Part shown: one piece after another, positions 56,885 to 62,372 of the stretch
Position numbering within the stretch: the stretch's first letter is position 1
Layout: the number at the start of each line of letters is the position of its first letter
DNA from: an uncultured virus (IMG/VR IMGVR_UViG_3300032212_000001)
Taxonomy: Duplodnaviria; Heunggongvirae; Uroviricota; Caudoviricetes
DNA: 62,372 nucleotides
Direction: 5' to 3' (one strand)
Virus record (IMG/VR): IMGVR_UViG_3300032212_000001
Made by a program: the position numbers and the translations under genes
The notes under the pieces: generated by a model
The model's database searches: none
Seen by the model: only the letters and a program-made list of their open reading frames with translations
Told to the model about the DNA's origin: nothing

Positions 56885-57632
56885 CTTCAAGCAAAGATAC
56901 AACTGGGACTTGACCTCAGAGACGGGGGTTCACAACCCTGGAGATGGTAAATACACTGAGTTATTTGATGACTTTGAACAATTCAACAGAACTTACCATT
57001 ACAAGAACTTCTTCGACATTTGCTCCGAACACTTTGAATCTATGACAATCCCATACATAAGATTCAAGCACCAGATACCACACCACTCCTGCGATTACAT
57101 ATCAATATTCCAAAACTTGAACCAGCCTGATATTGATGTTTGCATGGCAATACCCCTTCCATATTTTGACGATGAACTTGCAGTCAAAGTCATGAGAAAC
57201 AACAGCAGACTAATTATCACCAAGCACGACTGGATTAGCACCAATGGTGATTGGTCAAGTGAATTTGACTTCGCTCTTTCCAGTGCGCTTGCAGAAAAAC
57301 TACCTACAGCAGAAGCTATAGCACTGGAAGAACATGAGTGGGAGTTACAAAAGAAAGAGCGAAAAGCTGGCTTGGACTCAGCAGTGAAAGACATTGGAAA
57401 TAGGAAAGAACTCGTCCTAGTCTGGCTCGATTTATTCTTCAATGAACACGTATTGATATCACCTGAAGGGGAATCCGACAACACATTCAAGAGTAACATG
57501 TTCAATTCAAGAAGAGCCTTTGAATACCTATTCAAGAAGCTTGAAGCAAAGGACAGGGATATATTAAAGGAGCAAGCAAAAACATCAGAAGAGAGGAGGA
57601 TTAGGCGGATCGTTGAAAGCAGATATCGTTAA
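56871..57632 (+). CDS. Hypothetical protein
   Basis: 253-aa ORF. Confidence 0.7.
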   Translation: MRINDFKQRYNWDLTSETGVHNPGDGKYTELFDDFEQFNRTYHYKNFFDICSEHFESMTIPYIRFKHQIPHHSCDYISIFQNLNQPDIDVCMAIPLPYFDDELAVKVMRNNSRLIITKHDWISTNGDWSSEFDFALSSALAEKLPTAEAIALEEHEWELQKKERKAGLDSAVKDIGNRKELVLVWLDLFFNEHVLISPEGESDNTFKSNMFNSRRAFEYLFKKLEAKDRDILKEQAKTSEERRIRRIVESRYR

Positions 57633-57668
57633 GGGAAAACGTTTTCCAGAAACAACAAGGACTTCAGT

Positions 57669-58247
57669 ATGAGCCTAGATAACAAACAAAAAAAGCGCTC
57701 TCAAAGGCTGTGCTCTACTTGCAACAAAAAGACAGAGCATAGCTTCAGAAAAGACTCAGGGGGGCGGTTGAGGTGGAGATGCATGGAGTGTCACAGGCGT
57801 TGCGTTATCATGAGGAACAAAAAGCCTGGAATGACAAATTGGAAAAATATGAAGAAGAGGTGCTACAACAAAAATCATGAAAACTATTCCAGATATGGCG
57901 GGGCTGGAATCAAAGTTTGCCAACGATGGATAAACTCTTATGACAATTTCATCGAGGATATGGGAGTGCCACCTGGGCCTACTTACACAATTGATAGGTA
58001 TCCAAACAAAAACGGTGATTACTCTCCAAATAATTGTCGATGGGCAAGCAAAAAAGAACAATCAAGGAATAAATCGAATAATCGAGTAATAGAAGCTTTT
58101 GGAAAAAAGAAATTACTTTGTGAATGGTCTGAAGACCCATTGTGCGTAGTTGTCCTAAGCACACTAGACACCAGGATCAGGAGAGGGTGGGAGCCTGAAA
58201 GGGCAATCACACAACTCCCAAGAGGGAAAATGCCAAAGCGGCAATGA
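57669..58247 (+). CDS. HNH-type homing endonuclease-like protein
   Basis: WKNMKKRC..YGGAGIKVCQRW..FIEDMG..TIDR..NGDYSPNNCRWA. Confidence 0.85.
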   Translation: MSLDNKQKKRSQRLCSTCNKKTEHSFRKDSGGRLRWRCMECHRRCVIMRNKKPGMTNWKNMKKRCYNKNHENYSRYGGAGIKVCQRWINSYDNFIEDMGVPPGPTYTIDRYPNKNGDYSPNNCRWASKKEQSRNKSNNRVIEAFGKKKLLCEWSEDPLCVVVLSTLDTRIRRGWEPERAITQLPRGKMPKRQ

Positions 58248-58280
58248 CTCATAGACAATTCAAATACAAGGAGAGAATCA

Positions 58281-59111
58281 ATGGATCAATTCAAAATGGA
58301 ACAACAGAGGAAGATACTGTTGGACCCAGAGAACTACGACAATAGGGCGCGAGCGGCTTCCATCATTGCGCGAGTCGGTGAAGTCGTGAAGTCAGACACA
58401 AGACTTCTCGCGGAATCGCTAGGAGGCAGTAACGGCAAAGACTCCATAGGCATGAAAATGGTTTATGAGCTTTTTACTGAAATCTTTTCGGACGAAGAAT
58501 CGCCTGGAATAGATGCGCCCGACACCGAATTTACAGGACCGGGAAACCCTGGCTCTGGTGTTGGCTCATACCCATACATTGCTCCTAATCCGAGTGTTGA
58601 TGCAGAGCCATCTGCGTCGGCGCTTCCAGCGTTGGGGCCTCCAGCGCCTAGCAGAATGAGAAGGAGAACGGTTTTTCAACCCCGTCATTCAGATCAGAGA
58701 AAAATCGTCTACAGTCAGGTCTTTGAGAGGCACAAGGTCAAGCCTGGATCTAAAAGCGTCACATTCTTCGATGACCGATATTTCCAACACCAAACAATCG
58801 TAGCTAAATTTCACATAGCTGTTTATCCAACAACTTCAAGAGAAGCTGCCATGAGGTTTCTCGACAGCATGTGCATGGACATATTCGTTCATCGAAAGCT
58901 CGAATACACTCTTCTAACTCCTGCATTGAGAGTCACTCAAAGGCACCATAAATTCGATGTAGGAACAATGACAGTCGGGGGCGGGATAGGAGTGAAGCTA
59001 GTTCTCAGGCCATTTGGAGACGAGGGCGAAGAGAACCCCCAATTTGACATCGAAGAGCCGATGAAAATCACAGCTTGCATTGAGTTCATGGAAGACAAAC
59101 CCGTCCGATAG
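58281..59111 (+). CDS. Protein with an N-terminal helical domain, a Pro-rich linker and a capsid-protein-like C-terminal domain
   Basis: AAGGAG RBS; the C-terminal ~150 aa align with 24251-24799. Confidence 0.8.
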   Translation: MDQFKMEQQRKILLDPENYDNRARAASIIARVGEVVKSDTRLLAESLGGSNGKDSIGMKMVYELFTEIFSDEESPGIDAPDTEFTGPGNPGSGVGSYPYIAPNPSVDAEPSASALPALGPPAPSRMRRRTVFQPRHSDQRKIVYSQVFERHKVKPGSKSVTFFDDRYFQHQTIVAKFHIAVYPTTSREAAMRFLDSMCMDIFVHRKLEYTLLTPALRVTQRHHKFDVGTMTVGGGIGVKLVLRPFGDEGEENPQFDIEEPMKITACIEFMEDKPVR

Positions 59112-59115
59112 TTTT

Positions 59116-59143
59116 TTGACTTTTGGCAAGTCTTCCGTATCAT
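59116..59143 (+). promoter_or_regulatory. Candidate sigma70-like promoter
   Basis: TTGACT-16 nt-TATCAT upstream of the GGAGG RBS of 59177. Confidence 0.45.
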
Positions 59144-59176
59144 CAAAGTCAGTTCTTTGAAAATTTGGAGGTTCTC

Positions 59177-59650
59177 ATGAACGCTGATATTGCACCAGCA
59201 GTCGGTAAGGCTGTTGTTTACTTTACTTCACGTCGCTTACCTGTTCCCGCACTCATGACCGCTCGTTGGTCTGACTCGTGCATGAACGTTGTCACTCTTT
59301 CCCAAGACGATAAAGCTGTTGACCCCCACGGTCGCCAGTTGGATCGAGAAACTTCCGTCGTCCATATTTCTTGGAACGATGCGAAAGCATGTTGCTGGGG
59401 AAACCTTGATGACGAGTTCGACTTTGACGATCTTGTCGTCTTTGACGACGAAGGCACGGAACGATACGCGCTAGTCACGAAGCGCCTCGAAGACGGAAGA
59501 ATCAACCTTGTAACGGTCGCCGAATCAACGGAACGTTACGACGAAGGAGGATACCCAGTCGGAGAGGAAAAGAATTGGGACGATTACGGCTTCAAAGTCG
59601 TTCGTCATATTTCTATTGACGAGAAGAAAGTAAAACCTTACAAAGCGTAA
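59177..59650 (+). CDS. Hypothetical protein with a tandem duplicated small beta domain
   Basis: PALMTARWSDSCMNVVTL..DPHG versus YALVTKRLEDGRINLVTV..DDYG. Confidence 0.75.
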   Translation: MNADIAPAVGKAVVYFTSRRLPVPALMTARWSDSCMNVVTLSQDDKAVDPHGRQLDRETSVVHISWNDAKACCWGNLDDEFDFDDLVVFDDEGTERYALVTKRLEDGRINLVTVAESTERYDEGGYPVGEEKNWDDYGFKVVRHISIDEKKVKPYKA

Positions 59651-59697
59651 GTGAAAGCTCTAAGCTGACTACAGGCCGATGAGGTCTGGAAAGGTGA

Positions 59698-59970
59698 ATG
59701 AGCCCTGAGCCTCCGAACAAAATATGGGAAAACGTTTTCATGGACGAGAGAGATATTGGAACGATAGTAAAGGTCGCGACAGCCTTCACAACGATCTACA
59801 GCATTGCTAAGTTAGTGGATAAGACCGGGCTCCATCCAACGACCCGGTTCGCCATTGGTTTCGGAGCTGGATACACTATCGGCAATGCCATTCTTACCAC
59901 AGACTCTCAGAAGGTCGTCGATGACGGTCTATGGCCCTCCATATATAAGAGATACTTCAAAAAAGGGTAA
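59698..59970 (+). CDS. Small membrane protein
   Basis: Two mildly hydrophobic G/A-rich helices. Confidence 0.65.
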   Translation: MSPEPPNKIWENVFMDERDIGTIVKVATAFTTIYSIAKLVDKTGLHPTTRFAIGFGAGYTIGNAILTTDSQKVVDDGLWPSIYKRYFKKG

Positions 59971-59973
59971 GCT

Positions 59974-60237
59974 ATGCACTCAAGACAAACGATAGCGATC
60001 ACATCACTGGCTGTCATGGGCGGTTCGGCCTTCTTCGTCAACAAGAAAATAGGCCAGTCCAAGATGAGCGACAACTCAAAAGCCATTGCCAGTGGCGTCT
60101 CAAGCTTGCTCATAGCAGGGACGATCCTCTCAACAAGGGTGAGCAAAGTAGACAAGCACGGTCTATTGCCCGCCTTCGCCTACAGGGCCGCTGAAATCGG
60201 AAGCGCATTAGTTGGCGGGCAATACTGCACACCATGA
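59974..60237 (+). CDS. Small membrane protein
   Basis: IAITSLAVMGGSAFFV; IASGVSSLLIAGTIL. Confidence 0.65.
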   Translation: MHSRQTIAITSLAVMGGSAFFVNKKIGQSKMSDNSKAIASGVSSLLIAGTILSTRVSKVDKHGLLPAFAYRAAEIGSALVGGQYCTP

Positions 60238-60434
60238 GGGATAAGATGAACAAAGGGATACTCGGCCACAACAACAAGGAACTTGCTTTCATGTTCGGCA
60301 TGGCTGGGTTCGCAACTTACAACGCCGACTACATAATCGGCAAGAAAACATCGACTTCTACAAAACTAGGTGTAGGCGTTGCAGCCCTGGCCCTGGCTCA
60401 TGTTTTCCATTCACAAACTGGATTATTTCGCTAA
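60234..60434 (+). CDS. Small membrane protein
   Basis: LAFMFGMAGFA; LGVGVAALALAHVF. Confidence 0.65.
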   Translation: MRDKMNKGILGHNNKELAFMFGMAGFATYNADYIIGKKTSTSTKLGVGVAALALAHVFHSQTGLFR

Positions 60435-60563
60435 CATTTTCTAAAGTCAAAAGACCGGCCACACTGGTTTTCTCTCCTGTTGACCAGTGACAGCTTCGCA
60501 ACGACAAAAACGCCCTCCGTGCAGGTCCGGGGGGCGTAACCTTGTACGGAAGAAACGCCAAAT

Positions 60564-61334
60564 ATGAACAGCATGAAAACCATCGTGTTCTTGACTTTCC
60601 ATTTACTTTGGATACTGGCATTTTGGTCAGGGGCAAGCACTGGAGCCCTTTGTTTCGCGACGGCTTCCTACTTCGTCATACTCTTTGGCGTGTTCGCAGG
60701 ATTCCATAGATACTTCTCGCACAGGACGTTCAAGACAAGCAGAGTCTTTCAATTCCTCCTGGCCTTGCTCGGAACTCTCTCACTCCAAAAGGGAGTGCTT
60801 CACTGGGCCGCAAACCACAGGGTTCACCACAAATACAGCGACAAGCCTGGAGACATACACTCTCCAATAATCAACACTCTTTACTGGGCTCATATGGGCT
60901 GGATCATGTCCGACGATCACAACGAAACGAAATGGGACAAGATCAAAGACTTCTCAAAATTCCCAGAGCTTGTTTGGCTCAATAAGAATTTCGTTGGGAT
61001 CTATGTAACGTGGTGCGCCTCTGTTTTGTTCGGCCTGGGCTTCGATTACTTAGTCTGGGGTTGCTTCATAAACACGCTCGTCTCATGGCATGTCGTCTTC
61101 TTTGTCAATTCAATCATGCATGTCTGGGGATCGAGGGACCATGATACTGGAGATCAAAGCCGAAATAACATCTGGCTCACAATTCCGCTCATGGGCGAGA
61201 ACTGGCATAATAACCATCACCACAAACCTAATTCAGCGTCAGTCTGGTTCAAGTGGTATCAAGTCGATCTCACGTTCATTGCCCTGGCGGCACTTGAAAA
61301 GATCGGTCTCATATGGGATGTAAAGAAACACTGA
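60564..61334 (+). CDS. Delta-9-type membrane fatty-acid desaturase
   Basis: His boxes HRYFSH, HRVHH and GENWHNNHH, plus TM segments. Confidence 0.93.
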   Translation: MNSMKTIVFLTFHLLWILAFWSGASTGALCFATASYFVILFGVFAGFHRYFSHRTFKTSRVFQFLLALLGTLSLQKGVLHWAANHRVHHKYSDKPGDIHSPIINTLYWAHMGWIMSDDHNETKWDKIKDFSKFPELVWLNKNFVGIYVTWCASVLFGLGFDYLVWGCFINTLVSWHVVFFVNSIMHVWGSRDHDTGDQSRNNIWLTIPLMGENWHNNHHHKPNSASVWFKWYQVDLTFIALAALEKIGLIWDVKKH

Positions 61335-61358
61335 TTAAAAAAAAGGAGAGTTTTATCT

Positions 61359-61532
61359 ATGTCCGGTAAAATGAAGAAGTGGATTAAAGAGAACAGAAGA
61401 AGTAAAGAAGTCATAGAATGGCTTTCCAACAATCCCCCGCCCGAAGAATGGACAGGGACTCGCATGGAGTGGGCCTACACTGAAATGCCCCAGGGCTTCA
61501 TAGGAAAGATCCTCACAAAGATATTCGGATAG
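61359..61532 (+). CDS. Small hypothetical protein (57 aa), absent from the ORF track
   Basis: AAGGAG RBS; MSGKMKKWIKEN..FIGKILTKIFG. Confidence 0.65.
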   Translation: MSGKMKKWIKENRRSKEVIEWLSNNPPPEEWTGTRMEWAYTEMPQGFIGKILTKIFG

Positions 61533-61543
61533 AGAGACAGTCA

Positions 61544-61819
61544 ATGAGAATCAAACCGATACACGCTTCCATTGCAGGAATGGCCGCTGGCTGTGCTTAC
61601 TTCTATATTGGCGAAAGGGCAGTTCCAAAAGATAGCAACTGCGCTTACCTCGCGCCCTGGACAACAGATCTATTCGCGTGGATTGGTGGCGCGGCGCTCA
61701 TGTATCGAGGACACAAGACTGGAGACCCTCTCATTTCTTTCGTGGGATCGACGGTCGCCTCCATACACGTCTGTCAGTATGCTGCTCACAAGGTTATCGA
61801 GAATCGAATACTCCCATGA
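61544..61819 (+). CDS. Small membrane protein
   Basis: Three G/A-rich hydrophobic segments. Confidence 0.65.
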   Translation: MRIKPIHASIAGMAAGCAYFYIGERAVPKDSNCAYLAPWTTDLFAWIGGAALMYRGHKTGDPLISFVGSTVASIHVCQYAAHKVIENRILP

Positions 61820-62040
61820 TTAGAAACCTCTACCCTGGATCTGTGGCTCTTACAAACACTGACGTAAGGCAAGCTCACCACGACAAGATCGTCGAGAAGG
61901 GAACAAAGCTCACCGTCATAGGTAGAGAGAGAGTCCAGGGAGGACAATCCATTTATAAGTGTTGGCTATTCGACGACATGGAGATAGTCCCGTCAAAACT
62001 TGTGATAGTGCCTGACAACAAGATCGACAGATTAATTTGA
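61816..62040 (+). CDS. Small hypothetical (SH3-like) protein
   Basis: ATGA overlap; IVEKGTKLTVIG. Confidence 0.55.
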   Translation: MIRNLYPGSVALTNTDVRQAHHDKIVEKGTKLTVIGRERVQGGQSIYKCWLFDDMEIVPSKLVIVPDNKIDRLI

Positions 62041-62330
62041 AGAGTGGCCCAGTGGATATTCCAGATGAAATAAGAAAGCTAAGAAGCGATCTCAAGCTAT
62101 CCCAGGCTCGGCTCGGCAAGATACTCAACGTGGCAACACAGTCGATATGGAACTGGGAGCATTGTCACAGAACCCCAGGTCACATTCACATGAGCATTGT
62201 AAGAGCAATGCAGAAACTACACGACGATCAAGAACTCGACCATAAAGACATGCCGCTCATAATCAACACAATAAATAGGGAGGGACACCACGTCGCCCTT
62301 ATCGAAATGTTCAGGAGGTCAACACCATGA
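62037..62330 (+). CDS. XRE-family HTH protein
   Basis: IRKLRSDLKLSQARLGKILNVATQSIWNWE. Confidence 0.85.
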   Translation: MKSGPVDIPDEIRKLRSDLKLSQARLGKILNVATQSIWNWEHCHRTPGHIHMSIVRAMQKLHDDQELDHKDMPLIINTINREGHHVALIEMFRRSTP

Positions 62331-62372
62331 GCAGGACACGACGCCATATCAAGTCACCTGGAAAAGAACACT

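Larger units (their letters stand above)
1548..59739. repeat. Dispersed palindromic motif GAAARCGYTTTC, 21 copies
   Basis: Starts at 1548, 2764, 6019, 9233, 9698, 14025, 18345, 21400, 22726, 24835, 24875, 27567, 31472, 34687, 38672, 42741, 46446, 50390, 52987, 57635 and 59728 (counted by eye). Confidence 0.93.

Noticed and set aside
1548..59739. Palindrome as ordinary host PurR/CcpA boxes or a codon artefact
   Set aside because: It occurs in all three frames and between genes, and is not tied to promoters of metabolic genes; binding by a host LacI-family protein cannot be excluded.
4285..60640. Numerous minus-strand and alternative-frame ORFs (e.g. 4285-5109, 6814-7767, 23217-24125)
   Set aside because: They are shadows of long + strand genes, with no RBS or recognisable motifs.
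1..62372. Alternative genetic code, inteins or introns
   Set aside because: Genes tile densely under code 11 using all three stops; helicase motifs are uninterrupted; the HNH gene lies between genes.

Overview
This is a 62-kb piece of a large dsDNA bacterial virus or virus-like element. About 70 densely packed genes lie on the + strand, use the standard code, and include no host housekeeping genes. It has three blocks. (1) 1-22.7 kb: three giant proteins, namely a >3,000-aa modular protein with a PAPS-reductase-like N-terminus (cut by the window edge), a 2,254-aa SNF2 helicase and a 2,069-aa DarB-like methyltransferase/SNF2 fusion. (2) 22.9-38.9 kb: a virion module with a Lys-rich membrane-anchored 'KKNP' protein, a run of small beta-rich jelly-roll-like proteins, a beta-helix fibre, domain-shuffled spike proteins and a permuted NlpC/P60 enzyme. 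No terminase, portal, HK97 capsid or tail genes are visible, so the module looks like a tailless, membrane-containing virion (inference). (3) 38.9-62.4 kb: small accessory genes, including a Dam-like MTase, DUF5131, DUF3310, DUF4262, DUF4326, an NDT-like protein, an HNH endonuclease, three XRE HTH proteins, a Ser/Thr kinase and a fatty-acid desaturase. Three observations stand out. The putative capsid-protein domain (24251-24799) reappears fused to the C-terminus of a Ser/Thr kinase and of a second protein. A 14-bp palindrome RGAAARCGYTTTCY occurs 21 times, roughly every 3 kb, inside and between genes. An atypical tRNA-like cloverleaf sits inside the structural operon. All family calls come from reading motifs by eye; no database searches were run.
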